Shown here piece by piece: positions 38,260-50,566 of a stretch of DNA of 64,000 nucleotides. How positions within the stretch are numbered: position 1 is the stretch's first letter; every line of letters begins with the position of its first letter. Position numbers and translations under genes: made by a program. The notes under the pieces were generated by a model that had not been told where the DNA came from, did not search any database, and saw only the letters and a program-made list of their open reading frames with translations. This DNA comes from Diadema antillarum (Eukaryota). Where the stretch lies: the NCBI RefSeq assembly GCF_040938485.1, contig NW_027271172.1:1054001-1118000 (forward strand). The letters are read 5' to 3'.

Positions 38260-41200
38260 CTACTGGACATTCTGCAGCTTGAGTGACCATGCCCACTGAC
38301 AGGGGATTGTGGCCGGAGTGAGGCTGGGCAGAATGACGGTCATTCCCACCTTACCAGGGGTTCCTGTCCACTTGAGGGGGACAGAGTAGCCCAGCAGGGT
38401 GACCATGGTCTGGGTGCTGGAGATGGGGTCAGACAAGACCACTTGGTTGCTGGCTGGCCAGTCCAGGAAGGTGGCGTAGACAGTGGTGACCCCACCTGTG
38501 GTCTTATTGGTATACCTGTAATCAACACATGAAGCATGGGATGAAAGTTAAGCGGTGATATGTTTCAAATGCTACATGTATACACATGCTTTGATAAGAA
38601 CATTCTCTGAACGAATTGAATGAAGCATTCAAATGAAAGAATTAATACACTCAAAAATCAATCAAGCAACCAATTCTCGCCACCGACAATAGGCGATATC
38701 AAACCTCTCAGGCCGGGGCAGTAACTTCTGGTTTCATGCGTGCGATCTAGCTCGATGCATGGCCTGTGCATGTGGTGCACCTCTACTGCTCGGCGCACGG
38801 ATATTAGTCCAGTTTTTTCCTTTTAGCATCATCAGAAGTACACTCTGCTGCCTCACAGAAAAACCCCATGGTGTAATGGATAGTTTTATTTGGGAAATAA
38901 ACAAACTAAAGTCTAAACAAATATATTTCTTTGGATCCAAAACAAAGCTGGCAAGTTCGCCAATAGAAAAGCACCCAGGCAAATGAATAACCAGAAGTTA
39001 CTGCCCCGGCCCTAGAGGTTCGATATCGGAGGTATCGTACGATATCACTTGATATCGCCTTGATATCGCCTACTGTCGGTGGTGAGAATTACTGAATGGA
39101 TTAATTTGGATAAATTACCTGAATGAACATATGTGGGCAAGGATGAATGAGTGAAAGAATTAACAGCTTGCATGAATTGAATGATTGAATGAATGTGTAA
39201 GTGAGTAAATTAGTGAATGACTGAATGATAAAATAAATGTAAGTGAATTAGTGAATGAATGAATGCAGGTGTGAATAAATTAATGAGTGCATGAATGAAC
39301 TAGAAAAGCACTCTGAGAGCGCAGTTATCCGCCAAGCATGCAGCTAATTTCCACCACTGATCTTGTTCTTCTATAGAGATATCAGTGATTTCCACCCATA
39401 CGTACTTATATAGCATTGTGTGCAGAGTCGCCCGATTTCCCAATATAGAAGCCTTTGTTACGTCATAAACCCTCAGCTGCACGGCGCGCCTCGCCCTAGC
39501 AGAAACTAGAGCACGCTCTTTAGTGCGCGCATGCAAACCTCAAATATGCGCAGCCTGAACTCGCAAGTTAATAGACCTTACCTGCCAAAATATCAAAAAT
39601 CCTTCATAAATTCCCCAAAAATTCTCGGATCACTACCAAAAGTTAATCGTTTGGTACTTGTGTCATTCTCAACCTTTCCTGCAAGTTTCATCCCAATCCA
39701 TTAACTACTTTTTGAGTTATGTTGTGCACGGACAAACTAACAAACGAACAAACCAACGTTAACGAAAACATAACCTCCTCCCTTGGCGGAGGTAATGAAT
39801 GAATGAATGTTAGAACATATGAATGAGTGAACAGTAGAGGAAATACATCACTCACCAGACATCTGGGGTCACAGTGTCGTTCTGTTTACGCCACGGCCTG
39901 GTCTCAAAGATGGCCTCCCCGTTGACCTTCAGCCACGCCCCCATGGAGCGGAGGCGCTCCTCAAAGATGGGAACGATGCGACCATCAGCTGTGGGTCCGA
40001 TGTTCATCAACAGGTTGCCATTACAGCTATAAAGGAACAGAAGTTACCAGCATTACAATGGTTATACTTCACCTGCATTTGGACAGTGCACAATATGATC
40101 AACAAAAATATGAAATGTAGCAAAATTGGGGTCAACTTTTTTGAATAGACAGGCTAACAATCTGTTGTAAGGAGTTGCAGGCTCTCAATCTATTTAAAAT
40201 CTGTTGATCTTCAGAGCACTTCTCACTCATGTACACAAACTCTATCAGGATGACAAATGGCATCTGCTTATCATGTCCCACAAACCATCTGCCACCTCAC
40301 CATACAAGATCTAACTGTTGTACAAGTATGTCAAACAAGTTTCAACCCAGACCCAAGTCTATACTGACCTGACAGTGCTAACTAGGAGTTCGATGAGTTC
40401 GTCCATGTCCAGGTAATCAGCGAGGACGGCCTCCCGCCTGAAGCCCCACGACTTCTTGTCAATAGTCATGGCATTCACCCACTTGCGCTTCTGAAGGGTC
40501 CCTGCAGAAATGAAGGCATACAGTATGTGCATATTACTTCAGGTTTAGTGGCAGGTATGGTGGAGCATTTCATGTGCAGATATGCACCGCTGATCCACAA
40601 GGAGAACATCAAGAGTTTGGCATATTCACAGGGATCCAGGGGAGGTGCCTTAACAAAATCAAAGGGGGGCGCACGGCTCCCGCCCCATTTTCTTCTTTTT
40701 ATTTCTTTTTTTTAAACAAAACAAAGAATAAAGTGGGGGTGCGCACCCAGAGCACCCCCCCCCCCCCCTGGATCTACCACTGCATCAATACTTCAGGTGC
40801 CAGAATGTTTGGAAGAAGGTTGCAAGTTTTGTCTGAGCCAGATGTTACCCCTTTGAGAAAAGAGGGAATTAGACCATATGATGACAACCAACATCTCCAG
40901 ACACTTGCCAAAAACAAAACAAAACAAAAAAAGTAAACAAATGGAAAAAAAAAAGCATTTGCACCCTTTGCATATCCTAGTAGCAGATTTAGGCAAAAAA
41001 TTGTTGTCATATACCCTTATATGACAACATGCTCTATAGATCTTTTTGTTTAACTGTCTTTTTTTTTAACCGTCTTTTTTTAAAACACTTACTGCTAAAT
41101 ATTCCTTAAGAATAAAAGAATGTAAGGAAAACAAACAAATAGCATTTGATCCCAAGGAAATACTACATTGCTTTAAACACACCTGGGCTGTATCTGTCTC

Positions 41201-44200
41201 CACAAGTAAGCACTCCACCATGGTGGCACTGGATGCCCTGTCCCCATCGGTCATTGGTCACTACTTTATCTTTGACCGGACTGACAAAAACAACAACAAA
41301 TAAAGAGAAAATGACATGAAAGTAAGTTTGCAATCATATCACTACATCTTTTTCTTTTAGTGTGCTAACTTTCCGATTACAAACAAGACTAGTAGATAGA
41401 ACTTGAAGACTTCATGTTGATTGATTAAATTATGATACTTTTTGTTGGGAAAATATTCATAATGTGCTGCAACCTGATGAAACAGGGAAAAATACATGTA
41501 TAAGAAACTTGCATTAATACAAAAATACAATTATTGCTACCGGTACCACTTTAAAAGATATCTGTGCAGTTGATTACTTCCTTCTTTTCAAACCATGACT
41601 TTAACATGTAAATCATCAGAAATGCAAACTACAAAGAGATTCTTGTATGATTTGAACACTTGCACAAGTGTCAAATAAAATGAGACCTGGCAAGTTTGAT
41701 GACCACATAGGCTGGCACTTGGTGAAAGCTTTGTCTATTTTTGTTTGTCTAGCAGTTTTTTATTGTTATTGTAGTTTTGTTTTGTTTTGGTTTTGGTTTG
41801 GCTTTGGGTTTTTTTTTCTTTTCTTTTTTTTTGTGGGGGTGGTTGTTGTTTGATTTGTTTATTTGTTTGTTTTATACTGCCTTTGGCTGTCTACCTGCTG
41901 TTGTAGAGCCAGGCCAGGAACTCTGTACTGTTCCAGTAAGTGTCAGGGGCTCCCCAGTCACCATCGGACCAGACCAGATCTGGCTCATACTCCGTCACAA
42001 TTTCCATGAGTTCGGGCCATAGCACTTTCTAGGGGGATAAAAGAGAGAGCAAGAGAACAACTCAAATGGCAAATGAACACAACTTCACATAACACCCTCT
42101 GAACTCATGGCAGAATTATGGTAAAATGTGAAACTTTAAATACAACTACTACCTTCAGATCAATTTCATTGAGGGAGATGCTCAAGCAGAAGATATGCAT
42201 GCAGAAAATAAAATTGTAATATGTTAAAGATTACCACTTACAAAGACTAACCAACATGTCATGAAATTGTTTGGTGTACTAGTGGTCACATTTCACATTG
42301 ATTTGACATTTGTGGCATAATATTGGATTTTCCTACTACATTTCAATGTGAATAGAACACAAATTATGTGCACAAAATACTCAGCAGTTTGACTTCTCAA
42401 ACATATATATAGTGGATAGTATTAAAGTAAAAAACAAAACAAAACAAATTTGTCAAAGTTCATAAGTTCTTCAGTCCATATCCACCCACATCCAGTCTTT
42501 ATTCTTTTCTTGTTAGAACTATCATTGCTTGCTCACGTGCTGCGTGTGAGTTACCCAAGTGTTTAGAATCGTGCACTCAATACTTTAAAACCTTTACATA
42601 GAGTCAAAAGGGGCCTGAGCTTTCCATCCTATCAGAATCTTCGTCAGAGGCAAAATGACAAACAGGGAGGGGAAAGCAATCACAAGTAAGGAATACACAC
42701 AACAAGAACAGTCACGGGAGGGCTAGGGACACAGAACGAAGAAAACAAAAGGGAAGGGTTGGAGGTCATGGGCAAGGAGCCCAGCAGGTACAGGGAGGAG
42801 GATTAAAGCAGGAAGGTGGACAGACAAAAGGCAGAGGAGGGTCAGTGATAATCCTGAAGACAATGGGGGGCAACCTGTGAAGGATAAAGATGAATAGTTT
42901 TCAGCAGCCTTTTTTTGCTACCTTTATGTTACCTCACAGTACTCCTGAGTGGCAAAGTTGTTGGACTTGTCCTTGAGGTAGAGAGGGTGGAACCATTCAA
43001 AGAGAGAGTGGTAGAGGCCAAAGTGCATTTTGGTGTTGCCCCTCACTGCAGAGGCCAGTTCACCTGTCAAATGGACAAGTACATGCGGTATAATGCAGAA
43101 AGAGTGCGGTATCGACTCAAAGATTCCACTGACAATAAAAATAAAAATGATGATTTTAAATACCAACAACAATGATGAAGATTAATGATCAATACTGATG
43201 CAGAATGAAATAAGGTCTACAACATCAATGCTATTCTAAATCAAGGTGTACTAACAACTTTGCTAACATATAGATGAGAAGATCATTGACAAAGTAATGT
43301 CATCTGTATTTTACTTCTGTGCATTTTGACTATTCTTTTAAGCAATAGTTCCTCATATACAAATCAAGTTTCAAAGGCACGAGTGCCTACATCTCAAATG
43401 TTCCACTTCACGCAAATTATAGGCCCTATGTTTTTAGCATGAATACAGTAACGGTGTTATGCCAACTTCTTAATTTTTTTTTTTTTTGAGGGGGGGGGGG
43501 GTGGAGGATAGTTCAAATTCATTAAGGAAGTTTGGACAGAATATCATACCAACAAGATCCCTCTTTGGGCCTACATCCATAGAGTTCCAGTTCCAGGAAT
43601 AGTTGGAAGGCCAGTTGGTGAAGCCTTCATGGTGCTTGCTGGTGAGGACAACATATCTGAGGATCAGAAGAAACACTGAATATTTTTAAATCTGATTTCT
43701 ACTCTATGTAAAAATGGAAAGAATATAAATCTGTCCCTAAAAAATTTACGAGAATATTGCTATAAGTACAACATGATGAAATACAAGTTTTTAACAGCAT
43801 CAAAGCTAGTGAGTGTATCATCAACTAGAGATACACCTGGTTCAGAACACAGGACAACTGTTTAAAGTCACCTATCTATGGCAATCAAGACTTCCAATAT
43901 TGAGCAGTAGAACAGGTGTAAATCACAATATTACTTGCATTGTTGGTTCCAGAATCCCACTTCTGAATATCAATACATGATGGTGGAATTCTATCTCTTT
44001 ACCTCGACCTATCTAGACTCTGCTAGCTAGCTATACTAGCACCATTAATCTGCAGAAGTCACTAGTATTTAGAAGTAAATTTATACACCAGCAGTGTCAT
44101 GGAAATAGTCGAGAATGTCATCACAGGTGTAAAGTAAACTTAAAGTAAACTTTTAAAAGGTGGAAAGAGAGAAAAATGAAAGAGAGTGTAATCTAATCTT

Positions 44201-44569
44201 ATTTAATTCTTACTTTGCACCTGATGCCTTCAGAACTTCTGCCCACTGATCAGGATCGAAGAACTCAGCATGGAACATGGGTGCAAAGTCTGCGTATGTG
44301 AAGCCTGGTCGGTAGTTTTTCTCCATGAAATCAACCACCTCCTTGTCCTGTCTGCCTTTCCAGTCCTTCCAGAACCATTCGCTGTAGAAACTCGGCACGC
44401 TGAACACTCCCCAGTGAATGAAAATACCGAACTTGGATTCGTCATACCAGGCGGGTAGGGGTCGGCTGTCAATCGAGTCCCAGTTCGGCTGATACTGAGC
44501 GCTGCCCTTCAGAAAGAGAGCCGCTAAAATGCAGCAAGCGATCTGAAGCAAATTTCCGAGACTGTACAT
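38260..44569 (-). CDS. FUCA: Alpha-L-fucosidase (GH29, FUCA1/FUCA2-like), copy B, 461 aa, 8 exons: complement(join(38260..38515,39856..40026,40369..40501,41183..41280,41895..42028,42933..43063,43550..43656,44214..44569))
   Basis: [24 protein letters not shown] signal peptide, QYQPNW..., [47 protein letters not shown]. Exons 2-8 have the same sizes as copy A (107,131,134,98,133,171,256 nt). Intact 1386-nt frame with no stops or frameshifts. Confidence 0.94.
38672..39090. mobile_element. ~420-bp inverted-repeat element in fucosidase B intron 7
   Basis: AATTCTCGCCACCGACAATAGGCGATATC...GGCCGGGGCAGTAACTTCTGGTT matches the reverse complement of the right end, which has a GATATC-repeat expansion. 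AATT at both ends may be TSD or TIR. Family unknown. Confidence 0.7.
39299..39795 (+). mobile_element. Non-autonomous Helentron-type element (HINE/DINE-like) in fucosidase B intron 7
   Basis: Starts ACTAGAAAAGCACTCTGAGAGCGCAG..TCCGCCAAG and ends ACAAAC-type microsatellite + CATAACCTCCTCCCTTGGCGGAGGTAA. Subterminal inverted repeat TCCGCCAAG (39328-39336) / CTTGGCGGA (39782-39790); no TSD; sits in a (TGAA)n tract. Recognised from remembered family architecture. Confidence 0.65.
40629..40782. mobile_element. Diverged copy of the CAGTGG(C/T)(G/A)GATCCAG MITE, opposite orientation
   Basis: Ends CTGGATCTACCACTG; the GCGCACCCCC, A-tract and GCGCCCCC internal layout is shared with 13753-13888. Confidence 0.55.
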
Positions 44570-44816
44570 GTTTGACTTGGTAATTGTCGTGTTTTCAATA
44601 CGTTGCTTCTCCAATCAAGGAGTTATTACTACTCCTTGGACGGTCAAATTCACGCTACAGACGTCTTTGACTGCTCCCTACAATACAGTAGGCACATGCC
44701 GTATATATGGGGATAGGTAAAGTGGTGGTGGCCACTGACGCTAGACCGATCCGTATGCGTACGTGGTGGTGGTTGTGACGCGCCGACGTAAACATTACAT
44801 AAGAAGAAAGTGAATT

Positions 44817-44826
44817 GTCACATGAT
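44817..44826. promoter_or_regulatory. M-box/CLEAR-like GTCACATGAT upstream of fucosidase B
   Basis: ~250 bp upstream of the ATG; followed by TAC as in the copy A site. Confidence 0.35.
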
Positions 44827-47800
44827 ACATCAGATTAGTCTTTGAAGCAGACTAGTTTTAGTCATTGCCCTTCAGCGCAAGGAATTTAGATGTGTTTCCC
44901 GCCTGACTTATCCCCAAAATACTTGGTACAATATTCTAAAAATATGTGACTTTAAAAACTTTATTGACGCCCTTGCGCATTTCATCGATATGAATGATTT
45001 ATAGCGTTTCATGACGCTTCATACAATTTACATGCACTGTAGGGGGATAAGAAAAAAGAATATTTACTCACGTCACCTGACACAAACAAGATTGACTTTC
45101 TCCCAATGAACGAGCAGGGAGGTGATGCTGCAGTCCCACCTCCCGTGGAGAATCAACCTGTGAAACCGTGCAACCTAACTGAGTAGTCAAGTTGCTTAGT
45201 GAAATCAAGGAGGTACTAGTACCTCCTTGGTGAAATTACCGTTACACGGCGGATAACTAACAGCACAAAATTTGGAGAGATGATGATCCTTTAAGGCCCT
45301 CTCATTGATATTAGAGAAGGAGTTTCATGCAGCGAAAAATAGCCGTCGGCTCCAATTCGCGAAGCTACATGCCGCGAAAGTAACACTGCATTCATGTATA
45401 CCGATGGAGCAGATCGAGTAACAGAAAAGAGGTTTAGATTATTTTATTGTAATTGTTTCCCTCATGAACTGGAAACCATGAACCCAATCTTGAAGTCCCT
45501 GATCAACCAAGCATTTGAAATAATGGAGGTGCATGGTTGAATCAATAACCGATTTTCAAAAGAAATAACCGATTTTTCAATAAAAAATGCTGTTGAGGTG
45601 CTATTACAGTGCGATGTATATTCCCAGTTCCCAGTTATGTATGATAATCAACGAAACAGTTTACTTCATCGAATTATTAGTTTCTATCCTAATATTATAG
45701 TTTAATTTAGCCACTTTTTTTATTTTGGTTTTGTGTTTTTTGTCCCGCCTATTGTCGGAGCTTCTCCGGATTTTCAGTCATTTGAAAAGAGAAGGCAGAC
45801 ATTATAAAGATTATGATTATTTCTCTATAATATACGGGAGACACACGAGCCTACATTTCTTCACTTACTTCATCAATAATTTTATATAAATGTTACACAT
45901 GTGCCATTACTTGCCATGGTCATTGATTCTGAATAATAATTTTATGCATAAATCTTACTTTCATTGTTATTTTTCCTATAGGGCCCTAAGTCTGTAAATG
46001 TCTGTGTTTATAGGGCTATATCCCTTCTATCCGTTTCATTTTCATTTCCTAGGCTCAAATTTTGATTACTCCAGCATGTTACATCAACTATAGGCCTACA
46101 TATCTACGCCGTCTTGTTTAATTTTCCTTTAAATTAGGAAAGAGAGAAAAGAGATCATATATTTTCTTACTTCCCATTGAAAGAGGCGTAATGTGTATGT
46201 TGATTAACACGTGAAGTTTAAATCTTTGTACATGTCATAGTTCACAAGACCGTTTGAATTTTTCTTTTCTTTTCTGGTGCATCATGGGAGTTTATGTTTA
46301 ATATAGCTGAATTGAGAATGTCGATTCGATTCCATTGCTCTAGGTTCCATTGATATTGAAAACGAACTGTTCGAAATCCTCTTTTATGTGATTTTTTATA
46401 CATATGTAGTGTGAATCAAGATTGTATTGGCATTTCTGCTTAAATTCCAAGCTGAATTAGATAACGTGGTATGAAAACAATTAATGCTCAACAACAAAAC
46501 AACAAATTAAAAGCAGCAGTTATTTTTTTTCAAAGAAAAATGCTATGGGATAATGACACTTATTGGGTTTTTTTTTTAATCTTGAAGGCGGGTATTGTAA
46601 TCCCCTTGAGTGTATTTGTCAAACTGAACGAAATAAAGTGAAGCAAGGCAGTTTTGGAACATTCAGTTGGGTATTCTACCTTTTACACAAATACCATCAC
46701 TCTCTCCAAATTGGAAATAAAATTGACTTTCTGCATGGGGAATCACCCAGCGACTTTCTATAACCTAAACAGCGCCCTCTTTACTGTGACAATAACTGTA
46801 ATCATCCATGTATCAAAGTTTCTGGTGTTCAGATTGATCAAGATCCCTGATTAAAACGCTCCCTGCGTAGGCTGCTTGCCGATGAATGTTATATTTCTCT
46901 TGAAGAGCCCCATTCATTCCTGATTTGCAACAACCCCCTCCTCAACACTCTCGGTTTTGAGGGCAAAGAGCGAACAAACGGAAGAAATAAATTGGTGTAG
47001 GTAAATGAGACGGGAATACATCGTGAATTAAAGGCGTGTTTAAAGAGTCCTATTACGGAAGTTAACAGGTCATTTACCGAGCAACCAGTCACTCTCTGTG
47101 TATTTATTCTTACTTCAAGCACCCACGACTTTCAACTTTGCCACTAAAACCAGATGTAGACCCTATACCCTTCACTGACTGAACGACTGAATCAGACGAT
47201 ACTGTAGTACATGATTGTTTTATTGTTGGATTTTTTTTGCCACTGTTTGAATGCAGTAAAGGCACTCTGCTCTAATGCAAGATCTACTTTGAAGAACACT
47301 TCATTTTGATCTCTCATGGTGCCGACGTTGACTTGAAGAGGAATTCCAGACGATTTCCATCATATATCACAGTATATATAAATCGATAGTGCCATATACG
47401 GATTTGTTGATTATATAAATAATTGTGGTTCTTGAGCAGATACGAGATAAACCAATACTCTGAAAAATCCAAAACAACTTGACACTGAACAAGGATGATG
47501 CTCACTCCTCCTCCCGCAATACAGCAGTGTAATCCATTACCATTAATACCACTAGCACTCACCTGCGTAGAATGTATGCACGCTTTCTGGATTAATTTGT
47601 TCTGCTTCCTTTGAGCATCCATTGTGTGTTCGTATGTGAAGCTGCTATGTCATCATCCTCGTCCATTCTGATTTTTTTCCCCTGAATTTTGAAAACATTG
47701 TTATTACACTCGTCGCATTCATTGTAGATTCTGAAACTCTATACCAAGTATAAGCAATTGATATTATATTCAGATGCTAAAGTCTCATATATTTCGGAAG

Positions 47801-49252
47801 GCTCCTTTAATGGGATTATCAGAGGACGTTAACCCAGGAAACCATTAGCTCAGTACATCGGGCCTGTTTTCAAAAGAGCGATACGTATATGCATGCCCTC
47901 CAGCCGTGTAGTGCTTCATAAAACTGATTAACTCAAAACAAACAAATGAACAAAACAGTTGGAAAAAACAAAAATAGACGCAGACTCAGACACCTAATGA
48001 TCTTTATATGGTTTTCATTCAAATAATGTATTCACAAAATATAAGCAATCCGTCCTGCGGTACTGAAAAAAAATATACAAATACAATTTAGGACAAAGTT
48101 TACATCATGTTTTGCAGTACCCCTTCGACAATGATAATAAACTGATTACAGTCAAACTCAATGAAAGTACAAAACGATATTACATAAAAGAAAAATCTTT
48201 CCCCTCCCCAATGAATATTCCATTAATGACACGACAATAATAAAAGATTCCTGTCATTTCAGTTTCCTTTTCAAAAGTTTGTGTTGGTCTTGTATCGCCC
48301 ATCATCTCTTGCATGATTTCCTTTTGGTAGTCATAAAATTTTGAAAATGACAAAGTCAGGTTTTTTTTTTCTTTACAGCGTGTGGTACGCTCATAAACTA
48401 AAATTATTGAAGACATGTGAAAATATGATATCACATTTACATCTCTATAATTTCTCCCGATTATACTCGTTGAAGATTATACTATATATAGACACTATTG
48501 AGGCAGACTTTTAGCAGGAAAATCAAACATGCAAAAATCCTTATACATCAGTAACAATTAAATTCTCTGCCGTTGGAGTCAGGTATTGAAATTCTCACTT
48601 GTATAATTAATCCAACTGGACCCCATGGAAGACCAGCTTAACGTAGCTGAATATGGGCTATCCAGCCATTTTCTTAGATGGAAATGAACAAACAAACGAA
48701 TAATTATTTTCATTATGATAAGGTATAATCAATCATTACTTTCGATGGACATTTATACCTGGTGAAGTAAGCTGTATTTGGACCGATCGGCTATCTAGAA
48801 GCAACGTTATAGATTAAAGTGAAATTTGTTTCAGAGAAAAACTTCAATTTCAAAAGTATGATTACGTCATTTTTTCAGACATATATCTATCTTAAAATGA
48901 GTCCAGAATTTATGGTAAGCACTCCTAAAATGAAATTAAAAAAGAAATTAGATTTGCTGAATCCAGGATGTAATTAAATTATGGAAGAAAGAAAGGGGGT
49001 GGGGGTCGTATAGCCGTTATGACTCTGTCCCAGACTTAGGTGTTGTGGTAAAAAAAGAGAAAATAATAATACCTTAATAATGATAATAATAGACATTTTA
49101 GAGCGCCTTTTCCACTGGATACAAAGCGCTATGAGATGTCATCCCTGCATTATGGTCGCCATAGGAGATAAAATATATACAAAAAAAAAACCACGTTATA
49201 TTATTTTCCTGTTGCGTTTATATCCCAATGTGCGCTCGCGCGCGCACGCACG

Positions 49253-49256
<4 letters not shown>

Positions 49257-49305
<49 letters not shown>
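49257..49305. repeat. (CA)n microsatellite
   Basis: Direct reading. Confidence 0.9.
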
Positions 49306-49309
<4 letters not shown>

Positions 49310-49937
49310 TCTCAAACAAACAAACGGACATATACACAAATTCGCAATATAGGAAACCACTCTCAATAAGGAAAGGAGTCCGCATGTACACTGTGCGACC
49401 ATTAATCGAATTAAGATTAATGACTGTCTCGCTTTAGCTTCTCTTCTATAGTATTACTTATACAATAATTATCATTTAGACTATATTTTTGGCAATGTGA
49501 TGAAAATGAGAGCTGTTTTCTTTCACGACAACAGTGACTTCTAATGTGCCTAATAAGTTTGTGAAATCTTTTAGGGAGCTTCTCTCACATATTGGCTATA
49601 CACGCTTTGGAGTCCTGAAGAAAATGAGATATCTACATGCAGTACATTCACGCGCCTCCTGTACTGATCATCCAATTATTAAGGGAAGGTTGCATTTCGG
49701 AAATAAACGAGAATGGCCAAAATATTAATGAGAGGAAGAGGGGGGAGGGTTTGGTTGGAGAGCTCTTATGACAATATCGCCTTACTGCGTGGTCCGTATG
49801 TGCTATTATCGGTCTAAACCAGGTTCTACAAACATTTTTTTTAAACCATAATCACACAGTGTTTTTCAGTAAGTTTTATTTCTCCACTTGCATAAAAGAA
49901 ATCAGTGTGACAAAATCAAAAATTTGAACATGAAAAT

Positions 49938-50184
49938 GAAGAGTTTGTTTGCAAAAACTGATAAGTCCATATTTGCCAAGTGGAGATATTTGCGATTAAA
50001 GGTCAAGAAAAGTAAAGAGAATAATACGAAATTTTTTGCTTCTTTTGACCATAACTTCAAAAATGTACCTTTATATGTAGTGACCAATATATCACTTAAA
50101 AGGAATCATTTCGTACTTTATGACAGAGACCGTACTTCAAAATCTTCAAAAATGGACTTATCGGTTTTTGCGGACAAACTCTTC
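49938..50184 (+). mobile_element. 247-bp MITE, copy 1 (GAAGAG...CTCTTC, 4-bp TSD AAAT; Sola-like by inference)
   Basis: ~30-bp TIR GAAGAGTTTGTTTGCAAAAACTGATAAGTCCAT / ATGGACTTATCGGTTTTTGCGGACAAACTCTTC; AAAT at 49934-49937 and 50185-50188. Confidence 0.85.
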
Positions 50185-50319
50185 AAATATGAATAAGAGT
50201 ACCTACAAACAGTTATGTTAATAGTATGAACATTATTTCGTTGTCTGAGGAGACCATTTTCAATAAGCAATCGCTTGTCTTGCCATGGATTAGTCGAGGC
50301 ATTTCGGCTTTTTACAGTT

Positions 50320-50566
50320 GAAGAGTTTGTTCACAAAAACCGATAAGTCCATATTTGCCAAATGGAGATATTTGCTATTAAAGGTCAAGAAAAATAAAGA
50401 GATTAATAAGAAAAATTTTGCTTCTTTTGTCCATAACTTCAAAAATATACCTTTTTGTATAGTGACCAATATATCATTTAAAAGGTATTATTTTGTATGT
50501 TATGACAGAGACCGTTATTCAAAATCTTCAAAAATGGACTTATCGGTTTTTGCGAACAAACTCTTC
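50320..50566 (+). mobile_element. 247-bp MITE, copy 2 (4-bp TSD AGTT)
   Basis: Same length and termini as copy 1, roughly 90% similar; AGTT at 50316-50319 and 50567-50570. Confidence 0.85.

Noticed and set aside
44570-44614. N-terminal extension [15 protein letters not shown] of fucosidase B in the ORF track
   Set aside because: Begins at TTG, not ATG. The ATG at 44569 directly precedes a normal signal peptide.
46560-47640. Protein-looking minus-strand stretches (e.g. KTESVEEGVVANQE..., 102-aa ORF 47314-47622), considered as a decayed TIR-domain or transposase pseudogene
   Set aside because: Many stops and no motif I could align convincingly. A BLASTX/HMMER search would be needed, and no hit would confirm rejection.
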